Below, in pieces: positions 9,232 to 17,500 of a stretch of 28,307 nt of DNA (positions are counted from its first letter, which is position 1; every line of letters starts with the position of its first letter). A model generated the notes under the pieces. It was not told where the DNA came from and ran no database searches. It saw nothing but the letters and a program-made list of their open reading frames with translations. Source of the stretch: Calditrichaceae bacterium. GTDB lineage: Bacteria > Calditrichota > Calditrichia > Calditrichales > JBFXGD01. The DNA lies in the NCBI GenBank assembly GCA_050178385.1, contig JBFXGD010000030.1, positions 1 through 28,307 of the forward strand, in the 5' to 3' direction. A program made the translations under genes and the position numbers.

Positions 9232-11502
9232 ATGAATTTTGACTATTTTTTAATCGCCGTTATTGTTTTGTTTGGTTTCGCGATATTCGATTTGATAGTT
9301 GGTGTGAGTAATGATGCGGTGAATTTTTTAAATTCATCCATTGGATCACGTGTAGCTCCGCGCTATGTCATCATGATCATTGCCAGTCTTGGAATCATGG
9401 CGGGCGTTGGTTTTTCAAGCGGTATGATGGAAGTCGCCAGAAAAGGCATTTTTCATCCGCAGTTTTTTACGATGCCGGAGTTGATTACTATTTTCCTTGC
9501 GGTCATGATTTCAGATGTTATTCTTTTGGATCTATTCAATACATACGGGCTACCGACTTCAACCACTGTTTCCATTGTCTTTGAGCTTCTTGGAGGCGCG
9601 GTCGCGGTTTCTATCCTGAAGGTTCTTGAAGCGAATGACGGATTAGCGCTTGTGGGTGATTATATAAATACAAGCAAGGCCATGATGATTATATTCGGGA
9701 TACTTCTTTCGGTGGCCGTGGCGTTTGTTTTTGGGGCGATTGTGCAGTTTTTAACCCGGCTTTTGTTCACATTTGATTATGTGAAACGAATGAAAAGATA
9801 CGGCGCTCTCTGGGGTGGCGTGGCGCTTGCGTTCATCACATATTTTATTCTGGTGAAAGGCGCAAAAGGCGCTTCGTTCCTAACTCCTGAGACTGTAGAC
9901 TGGATTAAGACACACACATTCACCCTTCTCCTGTCAATTTTTGCTGTTTCCGCTGTAATGCTTCAGATTTTGCTTTTTCTTAAAATAAACATATTTAAAC
10001 CGATAGTTCTCATTGGGACTTTCGCGCTGGCCATGGCGTTCGCAGCGAATGATCTTGTGAATTTTATCGGAGTTCCGCTGGCCGGTTTTCAGGCATATAT
10101 TGTCGCCGCCGCAACGGATTCACCATTGACCGCCACCATGGGCGCGCTCGGAAAGAGCGTTCAGACACAGCCGTTAATGCTGATTGGCGCCGGCCTGGTT
10201 ATGGTTGTCACTCTTTGGATATCAAAAAAAGCGAAAACAGTTACAGACACTGAAATCAGCCTTGGCCAGCAATCAGAAGGGGTGGAGAAATTTGATTCAA
10301 CATATCTATCGCGAAAAATTGTAAGGATGACAATCGGTTTCTTTAATTTTATTAAGCTGTTTATTCCACTATCAATCCGCCTCTGGGTGACAAAAAGGCT
10401 TGATATGCGGCAGTCTAAAGCAGAATCAGAAACGGAGCAGCGTCCATCTTTTGATTTATTGCGGGCATCCGTTAATCTGATGGTTGCCAGCGCGGTTATC
10501 TCCTACGCCACTTCTTATAAACTGCCTCTTTCCACTACCTATGTCACATTCATGGTTGCCATGGGCTCCTCGTTTGCCGATCAGGCATGGGGTCGTGAAA
10601 GCGCGGTGTACAGGGTTACGGGAGTATTAACGGTGATCGGTGGCTGGTTTATGACGGCGCTGCTTGCTTTATCAATTTCAAGTTTGATAGCCGTAATCAT
10701 TTATTATACCGGAGGCTTTGGCGTAATCTTCCTTTTGCTTGGCGTTATTGTGATTGTCTGGAGAAATCATCATAAGCACAGTGAAAGAACGAAACTTTCG
10801 GATATGGACCGCATTTTTAATCTGAAAAAAGTGACAAAGGTTAATGATGCCATCTCGGTTACTTTTGAGCATATGGGAATTTTCCTGGGTGAAATCCGTG
10901 AATCTCTTGATACTACTCTGGATGCCTTATTCTCACAAAATGAATATTTGCTCCGGGTGGAAACAAAAAAGACCAAACAGATCCAGAGGTGGGCAAATAT
11001 CATTATCGCGAATATTTTTAAAACGCTTAGGCTCCTGCAGAAAAAAGATGCCCATATTACCTATAAATACGGACAAACGATTCGGCGTATTCAGAAACTA
11101 TCCGATGGATACAGAGATATCGCCTTGCGTTCTCATACGCATGTCGGTAATCATCACAAAGGATTGCTCGAGGTTCAGATAAATGAACTAAGGGATGTAA
11201 AAACATTGCTGCTCAATATTCTCCGGGATGTTGAAGACGCGTTTAACAATAAGAGTATCGATTCATATGAAAGCGTAAAAAGTAAAGATGCCGAATTAAG
11301 AAATCTTGCTGATAAATTAAATATCAATCAGACCGAAAGAATACGTGATGACCGTTCAAAAACGAGATTAAGTATTTTATACTACGCGGTTGTCGGGAAC
11401 GCCATGATGATATCAAAACAAAACCTCAAGCTTTTGGAGATCTTTTCGGAAATCTTTAACGGTGTGGAGGAGACCACGGAAACCGAATCAAAAATGAAGT
11501 AG
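9232..11502 (+). CDS. Inorganic phosphate transporter (PiT/PHO4 family) with C-terminal helical PhoU-like region
   Basis: Signature GVSNDAVN and second repeat AANDLVN, LPTSTT and LPLSTT motifs, many TM helices, soluble helical C-terminus of about 240 aa. Confidence 0.88.
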   Translation: MNFDYFLIAVIVLFGFAIFDLIVGVSNDAVNFLNSSIGSRVAPRYVIMIIASLGIMAGVGFSSGMMEVARKGIFHPQFFTMPELITIFLAVMISDVILLDLFNTYGLPTSTTVSIVFELLGGAVAVSILKVLEANDGLALVGDYINTSKAMMIIFGILLSVAVAFVFGAIVQFLTRLLFTFDYVKRMKRYGALWGGVALAFITYFILVKGAKGASFLTPETVDWIKTHTFTLLLSIFAVSAVMLQILLFLKINIFKPIVLIGTFALAMAFAANDLVNFIGVPLAGFQAYIVAAATDSPLTATMGALGKSVQTQPLMLIGAGLVMVVTLWISKKAKTVTDTEISLGQQSEGVEKFDSTYLSRKIVRMTIGFFNFIKLFIPLSIRLWVTKRLDMRQSKAESETEQRPSFDLLRASVNLMVASAVISYATSYKLPLSTTYVTFMVAMGSSFADQAWGRESAVYRVTGVLTVIGGWFMTALLALSISSLIAVIIYYTGGFGVIFLLLGVIVIVWRNHHKHSERTKLSDMDRIFNLKKVTKVNDAISVTFEHMGIFLGEIRESLDTTLDALFSQNEYLLRVETKKTKQIQRWANIIIANIFKTLRLLQKKDAHITYKYGQTIRRIQKLSDGYRDIALRSHTHVGNHHKGLLEVQINELRDVKTLLLNILRDVEDAFNNKSIDSYESVKSKDAELRNLADKLNINQTERIRDDRSKTRLSILYYAVVGNAMMISKQNLKLLEIFSEIFNGVEETTETESKMK

Positions 11503-11522
11503 CGATTCAGGAATAAATCAAC

Positions 11523-11570
11523 AAAAGAGTTAAGACGCTTGTTTTAGGTTTCTTAACTCTTTTTGTTTTT
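11523..11570 (+). terminator. Intrinsic terminator after PiT gene (possibly bidirectional)
   Basis: AAAAGAGTTAAGA (11523-11535) pairs perfectly with TCTTAACTCTTTT (11551-11563), followed by TGTTTTT. Confidence 0.7.
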
Positions 11571-11824
11571 CTGGCCCCATTGCCATCCCGTATAAGTTTT
11601 CCGGTTTTGAAGGGGATGTGGACTTCATTAACAATACGCTTTCAGAAGGGAAAGCTGCTATTCACCATAGTGACCGGTATGCTGATTTATATCATCCGCA
11701 TTATCGGTTAGTAAGTAAAAATTACTATGATTGGCTTCGACGGCTGGACTCAAAAGGTCAACCGTAAGGAAGCGTCATATCTTATTTGTCCTTGCGGGTC
11801 TGTACCCGGGAATTTTCAGATCCC

Positions 11825-11839
11825 TGAGAATGGTTATCA
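11825..11839. promoter_or_regulatory. Fur-box-like 7-1-7 palindrome upstream of TRIC gene
   Basis: TGAGAAT-G-GTTATCA versus Fur core TGATAAT-N-ATTATCA (2 mismatches), about 30 nt before ATG 11871. Confidence 0.35.
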
Positions 11840-11870
11840 TCAGTTTGTATTCAGAAAAAGGTTAAAATGT

Positions 11871-12506
11871 ATGTTTCTCAGTCCGTTCACGGTTTCAAAT
11901 ATACTTGATCTTATGGGGGTGGCGGTTTTTGCTGTCAGCGGCGCCCTTGTCGCGGGAAGGAAGGGACTGGACCTTTTGGGTGTTTTCGTGATTGCCGCCG
12001 TGACCGCGGTCGGCGGAGGCACGCTCCGGGATCTTCTGCTGGACAGACATCCCATATTCTGGATTGATGATCCGGGATATCTTATCGTTATCATGGGTGC
12101 ATCGGCTTTTGCCATTGTGTATGTGCGTCTCAGGAAACCTCCCGGCAACGCCCTGCTGATCGCCGACGCTCTCGGTCTGGCGCTTTTTACGATTGCCGGT
12201 ACGCAGATTGCCGAAACGGCCGGACTGCACCCTGTAATCACTGTGTTAATGGGAACCATGACCGGTGTTGCCGGCGGGGTGATAAGGGATGTGCTGAGCG
12301 CGGAGGTTCCGCTAATCCTGCGCCGTGATATCTACGCGACAGCCGCGATCTCCGGTTCATCAATTTATCTGCTGATTCAGGTATTTGGAGTCAGCCGATT
12401 TATTGCCATGGGGGCGGGTTTGCTGACTGTTGTCATTCTCAGGGCAATGGCCATTCTTTGGGGACTGAGGCTGCCGGTATTTCGCCTTCCGCAAAAACCG
12501 AATTAG
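11871..12506 (+). CDS. Trimeric intracellular cation channel family (UPF0126 / YadS-YicG-like) membrane protein
   Basis: Two repeats: FAVSGA...GGGTLRDLLL and DALGLALFT..G...GVAGGVIRDVL. Start moved from 11727 to the in-frame ATG 11871 because the upstream extension is non-homologous. Confidence 0.9.
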   Translation: MFLSPFTVSNILDLMGVAVFAVSGALVAGRKGLDLLGVFVIAAVTAVGGGTLRDLLLDRHPIFWIDDPGYLIVIMGASAFAIVYVRLRKPPGNALLIADALGLALFTIAGTQIAETAGLHPVITVLMGTMTGVAGGVIRDVLSAEVPLILRRDIYATAAISGSSIYLLIQVFGVSRFIAMGAGLLTVVILRAMAILWGLRLPVFRLPQKPN

Positions 12507-12664
12507 CCGACAAGTCAACTTCCCGTCAATTTCTAATCGGTCTTATAGGAATAATCATAAGACACTCTTCTCTATATCTATTTGTGCTTTATCTTAAGAT
12601 GCGAACCACGGACGACGAAAAGAGCCGGCATTGATCAATCCATAAATACAACCACTAAAATGTT

Positions 12665-12701
12665 ATAAGCCTGCTGATATTTCCCGGCAGGCTTATTTTT
12701 T
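12665..12701 (+). terminator. Intrinsic terminator separating TRIC gene from the DUF134 cluster
   Basis: ATAAGCCTGCTG-atatttcc-CGGCAGGCTTAT followed by TTTTT. Confidence 0.75.
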
Positions 12702-12822
12702 ATCACTAAAACACTAATTCATATCGTATTGCAGTCCTGATCAAGGCACAATCATATAAAACAGATGCCGCATCACTATTTATATCATCCATTAAATGTG
12801 ATAAAAAATTTTTACAATTAAA

Positions 12823-12879
12823 TTGCTAAATGAACATAAGTTCATTATATTCAAACATACAAATGATCATATGTTCAAT
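12823..12879 (+). promoter_or_regulatory. Sigma70-type promoter with two palindromic operator copies
   Basis: TTGCTA (12823-28), 17-nt spacer, TATATT (12846-51). Perfect-arm palindrome AATGAAC-ataa-GTTCATT (12829-46) and a second copy AATGATC-atat-GTTCAAT (12862-79). Confidence 0.65.
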
Positions 12880-12894
12880 TCACTGGAGCCGGGA

Positions 12895-13317
12895 GTGCGA
12901 TCATCCTATCGAAAAAGACGTGTACATTTACCGCCGAAGTACCAATATTTTAAACCGGCCGGTATACCGCGCAAAATGTTAAAAAGCATGATATTAACGC
13001 TTGATGAATTTGAGGCAATCCGCCTGGCTGATTATCTGGGAAAAGAGCACCGGGATGCCGCGCAAAGAATGAATATATCGCGGCCGACATTTACGCGGCT
13101 TATCGCAAAAGCCCGGCAGAAGGTGTCAAAAGCGATCATTGATGGTATGGAATTAGTGATAGAAGGGGGTAATATAGATTTTGCTCAGTCATTGCACCGC
13201 TGCGATGAATGTGGTGAAGAACTTATTTTAGCCCGGTCACAGAGTCTGCAAAATTGCCCTGAGTGTGGATCTCAGGATATAAAAAGTCTGAATTCGGAAT
13301 ATGTAAAAACTCATTAA
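12895..13317 (+). CDS. DUF134 (UPF0251) predicted DNA-binding protein with C-terminal zinc ribbon
   Basis: RKRRV...FKPAGIP...LTLDEFEAIRLADY.G...AAQRMNISRPTF.R....AR.KV..A...G..L.IEGG, then CDEC...CPEC. Likely GTG start at 12895 after GGAG. Confidence 0.9.
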   Translation: MRSSYRKRRVHLPPKYQYFKPAGIPRKMLKSMILTLDEFEAIRLADYLGKEHRDAAQRMNISRPTFTRLIAKARQKVSKAIIDGMELVIEGGNIDFAQSLHRCDECGEELILARSQSLQNCPECGSQDIKSLNSEYVKTH

Positions 13318-13338
13318 TTATTGCAAAAGGAATACTCG

Positions 13339-13527
13339 ATGAAATTTATTGTTGATAATCAGGCATGCAGGGGATGCGGAATTTGTGAACGTGTGTGTCC
13401 GCAGGTTTTCAGAATGCGTAATGATATGTCGGTCAAAATTGAAATGACACCGGTACCTGCCGAGTTGATCAACTGCGCTCTGAGAGCCGAAAATAGTTGT
13501 CCATTAAGAATTATCAGCCATCATTAA
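13339..13527 (+). CDS. Single-cluster ferredoxin (COG1141-type)
   Basis: CRGCGICERVCP and distal SCP. RBS AAGGA before ATG 13339. Confidence 0.85.
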   Translation: MKFIVDNQACRGCGICERVCPQVFRMRNDMSVKIEMTPVPAELINCALRAENSCPLRIISHH

Positions 13528-13543
13528 CCTATCGGGAGAAACA

Positions 13544-13915
13544 ATGAAAATAGCTATCGCATCTGACGACGGTGAAAGCATTGCCATGCATTTTGGCCGT
13601 ACACGCGGTTTTTTGATTTACACTATTGAAAATGGCGTTGTTAAAGAACGCACATATACGCTTAATGATTTTACAGGACATGCCCGCGGGTTGAGCGGTA
13701 CATCACACAGCGCGGATCACCATGGACCGATTCTATCAGCTCTGAATGGGTGTAAAGCTGTTATTTCACGCGGCATGGGCCGCAAGATTTACGACGATTT
13801 GCAATCAATCGAAATTGAAGCTTTTATCGTACAGGAAACCATTGCAGATACAGCTCTTGACCTTTATTTAAAGAACCGGCTTTTGGATAACCCTGAAAAG
13901 GGATGCGAGCATTGA
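13544..13915 (+). CDS. NifB/NifX family (iron-molybdenum cofactor-binding-like) protein
   Basis: MKIAIASDDG..IAMHFGR...F, His-rich loop, C.AVISRGMG, C-terminal GCEH. Confidence 0.88.
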   Translation: MKIAIASDDGESIAMHFGRTRGFLIYTIENGVVKERTYTLNDFTGHARGLSGTSHSADHHGPILSALNGCKAVISRGMGRKIYDDLQSIEIEAFIVQETIADTALDLYLKNRLLDNPEKGCEH

Positions 13916-14074
13916 CCGTTTATGTTAAACAAGAAAGGGCGTTTGTCGCGTGGCAATAAATGTTACTTATAATCATCTGGAATGGCAATCAAAAACCGGA
14001 TTCCTCTATTGGCAGAAAAAAGCTCAATCCTGCTGTTATTTGGGATCCATATAAAAATAGAAATTATTAACACC

Positions 14075-14497
14075 ATGAATATTTCAGACAGAACAAAGAA
14101 GATATTAAAGAATACTAACAAAACATTTTTGAAGATGATGCCGATACTTATTGGTGTAATGGCGTTGATGGCATTGCTGATCAGTATAATCCCCACAAAA
14201 AAATTAACTTCAATCTTTACGGGAAATACTCTCATTGACCCATTTATCGGATCTTTTCTTGGTAGTATCTTATCGGGAAATCCCATCGTCAGCTATGTTA
14301 TAGGCAACGAATTACTGCAAGCAGGGGTCAGTACAATCGCGGTTGCCGCTTTTATGGCATCCTGGGTGACAGTAGGCATTGTTCAGGCACCGGCAGAAAT
14401 GCTTGTATTTAACAAAAGGTTTACAATCTACAGAAATGTGATTGCGTTTGTTTCAGCCGTGATAATAGCAATTTTAACTGTAAATATTTTAGGATAG
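14075..14497 (+). CDS. Predicted permease subunit A (COG0701/DUF318-like half)
   Basis: Hydrophobic. GSILSGNPIVSYVIG.ELL..GVS..AVAAF..SWVTVG...PAE...F...RN. In-frame ATG 14075 preferred over 13982. Confidence 0.75.
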   Translation: MNISDRTKKILKNTNKTFLKMMPILIGVMALMALLISIIPTKKLTSIFTGNTLIDPFIGSFLGSILSGNPIVSYVIGNELLQAGVSTIAVAAFMASWVTVGIVQAPAEMLVFNKRFTIYRNVIAFVSAVIIAILTVNILG

Positions 14498-14499
14498 AA

Positions 14500-15039
14500 A
14501 TGAACAAATCAGATAAAAAGATAAACCCGATGATTCTGTTGGGAACTATTGTGACAGCCAGTTACGCCATTTTGATGGTTGCCGATTTCAATCAGTTTTT
14601 AAAAGCTACGCGTTTATTTGGTAATATGCTCATAAATATTATTCCGGTTATGATTGTAGTCTATATCCTGATGCTTGCAATCAATTATTTTATAGAACCT
14701 ACATTCATTAAAAAACATCTTGGCAATAATTCCGGTATCAAAGGACTTCTCATAGCCATCGCCGGAGGCATTTTATCCGCAGGATCTATTTACGCCTGGT
14801 ATCCTCTGTTAGCAGATTTTAGAAGGCATGGCATGAGCAATAAGCTTATTGCCGTATTTCTTTATAACCGGGCGATAAAACTACCGTTATTATTTATGTT
14901 GATTTATTATTTTGGAGCCGCATTCACAATAATTTTTACAGTTTTTATTGTGCTCTTCTCAGTCATTAATGGGTACCTGGTGGAAATTGCGGTGCCAACT
15001 CATACAAACGAGGAGGAACCATTGTGGAAAAACCATTGA
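14500..15039 (+). CDS. Predicted permease subunit B (COG0701/DUF318-like half)
   Basis: KKHLG..SG.KG..IAI..GILSAGSIYAWYPLL......GM.....AVFLYNRAIKLPLL. Starts 2 nt after subunit A. Confidence 0.75.
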   Translation: MNKSDKKINPMILLGTIVTASYAILMVADFNQFLKATRLFGNMLINIIPVMIVVYILMLAINYFIEPTFIKKHLGNNSGIKGLLIAIAGGILSAGSIYAWYPLLADFRRHGMSNKLIAVFLYNRAIKLPLLFMLIYYFGAAFTIIFTVFIVLFSVINGYLVEIAVPTHTNEEEPLWKNH

Positions 15040-15470
15040 AGATCGGCATCATTATTTGCGACCGCTACCGTCGCTGCGCCGGCGGAAAATGTTTCAGGGC
15101 GCTCGAAAACAGGGAAGGGGCCTTCAGCATATATAAAAATCAAAAAGTAGTAGTGGCGGGTTATACTACATGCGACGGCTGCCCGGGTGGCAATATCGAA
15201 TACGCGCCGAATGAAATGAAAAATAACGGAGTAAAAAAAATACATTTTGCCACTGGAATGATTGTAGGGTATCCACCATGCCCGTATATCAAACACTTTA
15301 AGGAATTTATAGAAAAGAATTACGAGATAGAAGTTGTGATGGGGACGCACCCAATACCGGAAAAATATTATAAAATGCATAATAGTATGGGAACCTGGGA
15401 GTCAGATGAATGGCAGGATATCATAAAACCGGTCATTTGTGATCCTGAAATCCGTAAAGCTTACGATTGA
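15024..15470 (+). CDS. CGGC domain-containing putative Fe-S/metal-binding protein
   Basis: KIGIIICDRYRRCAGGKCF, TCDGCPG, GYPPCP, GTH. Strong RBS GAGGAGG before GTG. Confidence 0.88.
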   Translation: MEKPLKIGIIICDRYRRCAGGKCFRALENREGAFSIYKNQKVVVAGYTTCDGCPGGNIEYAPNEMKNNGVKKIHFATGMIVGYPPCPYIKHFKEFIEKNYEIEVVMGTHPIPEKYYKMHNSMGTWESDEWQDIIKPVICDPEIRKAYD

Positions 15471-15503
15471 GAAAAAAATATATAAAATCATAGGAGTATA
15501 AAC

Positions 15504-15689
15504 ATGCATGATCATAAAAAACAAAATCTGGGTGACGGGGGATACTGTGTCTGCCCAAAATGTGATTATCGCGCGCCACATAAAAATGGCGTTCCGTGCC
15601 AGGATGAACTGTGCCCGAACTGCAATGCAAAGCTTCTGCGGGAAGGCTCCGACCATCATAAAATGTATCTGAAAAAGAAGCAAAAATAA
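15504..15689 (+). CDS. Small Cys-rich metal-binding protein
   Basis: GDGGYCVCPKC....H..GVPC....CPNC...LLREGS.HH. RBS AGGAG upstream. Confidence 0.8.
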   Translation: MHDHKKQNLGDGGYCVCPKCDYRAPHKNGVPCQDELCPNCNAKLLREGSDHHKMYLKKKQK

Positions 15690-15756
15690 TATTTGAAACG
15701 AATGGCGAATTACAACAACATAATAAGACAGAGGATAAATTTAAATCGAGTCAATT

Positions 15757-16497
15757 ATGAAAAGTTTAAAGATTAGACAAAAATGGATGGAAGAGTTAAT
15801 GCCTTCCGGTATACCTGTTCCATCAAGCACGTTAATAAGCGGACCGGGAGGGGCGGGTAAGCCTTTAATCGGCGCTGTTATTGCCGATGCCTGGTTAAAT
15901 CAGGGGGGCTCGCTTATTCATTTTTTGATCAATTTTGATCGCGTATATGCCGATAAGATGCTGAATCTTTTTAATCCGGATCTGGAAAAATATAAAGACC
16001 GGATTGTGTACGTGGAGATCGATCCTCTGATAGAAGGGATTGAAAAAACGAATGATGTTACACTTCGCGGCAATTTGCTGATACCTGAGAATGTTGACAC
16101 GGCGATTCGTGAGGCAAAGGCAATGCTGCCGGAAACCGAAAGCGGTTCACTTATATACGCGTCAGCCTTAAATATGCTGCTTTTTTCAAAAAGCTATAAC
16201 CAGGCCATCCATGACAAATTTCTGGAAATAATTGGCGGTGGCGAAAACTGCATGTTTACTGTAGCAACTAATACATTTGAGGATCAGATCTCGCAATGGG
16301 AGAACAAAGCTGATAATCTCTTCTATTCGCGAAGCACTGATCAGATGCGACTGGGATTCAGTATATTAAGGTTGAAAGACAATTCGTATCGAAGCGATGA
16401 GGTTGAAGTTCCCCTAACTGAAGATGAACTCGTAAGCATACGGGCTGAGGCTAATAAAGCTCGAAAACACTTAATACCTGTTATAAAACAAATCTGA
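15757..16497 (+). CDS. RAD55/KaiC-like (RecA-fold) ATPase-domain protein with degenerate motifs
   Basis: LMPSGIPVPSSTLISGPGGAGKP resembles the KaiC/RAD55 N-terminus. ADNL...ILRLKD resembles the family C-terminus. Confidence 0.7.
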   Translation: MKSLKIRQKWMEELMPSGIPVPSSTLISGPGGAGKPLIGAVIADAWLNQGGSLIHFLINFDRVYADKMLNLFNPDLEKYKDRIVYVEIDPLIEGIEKTNDVTLRGNLLIPENVDTAIREAKAMLPETESGSLIYASALNMLLFSKSYNQAIHDKFLEIIGGGENCMFTVATNTFEDQISQWENKADNLFYSRSTDQMRLGFSILRLKDNSYRSDEVEVPLTEDELVSIRAEANKARKHLIPVIKQI

Positions 16498-16510
16498 AAT
16501 CGAGACTCTT

Positions 16511-17152
16511 ATGCGCATAACAATTGTTTTTGATAATACAAGTTTATCTGAAGAATGCCAGGCCGAGTGGGGCTTTGCATGCTACATTGAAACTGAACAC
16601 AGGCGAATTTTATTTGATACCGGAGCAGATGGAAAAATATTGCTGGATAATATGCGGGCACTGTCCATCGATCCCAAATCAGTTGATGACGTATTTATCA
16701 GCCATAATCATTTTGATCACATTGGCGGGTTGGCCGCCTTTTTAAATGAAAACAGTGCTGTACGTATATTTCTGCCAAAATCATTTCGCGGTGTGCGCAA
16801 AGCCCGAGAGATAATCTACATTGACGAAGCCAGGCAAATTGATGAAGGACTGTTCACCACCGGTGAGCTGGATGGCCTGGAGCAGTCGCTTGTCATTCAA
16901 ACATCAAAGGGGCTTGTTGTTGTTGTTGGTTGCGCGCACCCTGATATGCAAAAAATATTAACATCTGCTTCGCAATTCGGGAATATCTACTGGCTTATTG
17001 GCGGCCTGCATGGTTTTAATAAATTCCATTTGCTTAAAGATTTAAAACTTATTTGTCCGACACACTGCACTCAATATAATACTGAAATTAAAAATCTGTT
17101 TCCTTTGCCGCATACAGAAGGAGGCGTGGGCAGAACAATAAACATACCATAA
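16511..17152 (+). CDS. MBL-fold metallo-hydrolase (COG1237-type)
   Basis: EWGFAC.I....ILFDTG, SHNHFDHIGG, GCAHP, GGLH, PTHCT. Confidence 0.9.
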   Translation: MRITIVFDNTSLSEECQAEWGFACYIETEHRRILFDTGADGKILLDNMRALSIDPKSVDDVFISHNHFDHIGGLAAFLNENSAVRIFLPKSFRGVRKAREIIYIDEARQIDEGLFTTGELDGLEQSLVIQTSKGLVVVVGCAHPDMQKILTSASQFGNIYWLIGGLHGFNKFHLLKDLKLICPTHCTQYNTEIKNLFPLPHTEGGVGRTINIP

Positions 17153-17164
17153 AAGAGAAATATT

Positions 17165-17476
17165 ATGAACAATACCATTACACAAAAAGATATCCGGGAA
17201 ATTCTGGAGAAGATCCAGCATCCTGAGATAGATGCCTCGCTAGAGGACCTGGGAATGATTCTGGATCATGTAATTGACGGACAAATTGTTAATGTGGCAT
17301 TGGCATTACCTGCAGCGAAAATTCCACAAGCGGTTGAGGATGCCATCATTAAAAGTATTAATGAACCACTGGCTAAACATGGTCTTCAAACAAATATTCA
17401 GTTTTTTAATATGAGTGAAGAAAACCGCCGGAAGTTCTTAGCCCTGGCAAAAGCAAACTGGAAAGGCGCCATATAA
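17165..17476 (+). CDS. DUF59 (Fe-S cluster assembly / PaaD-SufT-like) domain protein, Cys-less variant
   Basis: IREILEKIQHPEIDASLEDLGMI matches the DUF59 N-terminal pattern L..V.DPE....IVDLG.V. Confidence 0.65.
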   Translation: MNNTITQKDIREILEKIQHPEIDASLEDLGMILDHVIDGQIVNVALALPAAKIPQAVEDAIIKSINEPLAKHGLQTNIQFFNMSEENRRKFLALAKANWKGAI

Positions 17477-17500
17477 TTTTCATAGAAGGATAGAAAAAGC

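Noticed and set aside
11754..11776. CCGTAAGGAAGC resembling the SRP RNA tetraloop region
   Set aside because: Lacks the adjacent CAGG/AGCA internal-loop geometry and the long flanking helix.
11727..11870. 48-aa N-terminal extension of the TRIC ORF
   Set aside because: Not family-like, and the region contains a candidate regulatory site. ATG 11871 gives a typical length.
11570..11870. Possible glycine riboswitch ahead of the UPF0126 gene
   Set aside because: No GGAGAG...CCGAAG...CTCAGG aptamer motifs found.
12823..12894. TTG-start extension of the DUF134 ORF
   Set aside because: Overlaps the promoter and operator elements. The family pattern starts near GTG 12895.
13544..13915. Nitrogen fixation locus
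   Set aside because: No nifH/D/K/E/N/B in the window, and this domain is widespread in non-nif contexts.
13913..16530. Selenocysteine readthrough at TGA stops of the NifX, CGGC and ATPase-like genes
   Set aside because: Each TGA falls at the natural end of the protein. Readthrough reaches another stop within about 20 codons with no Cys-equivalent context.
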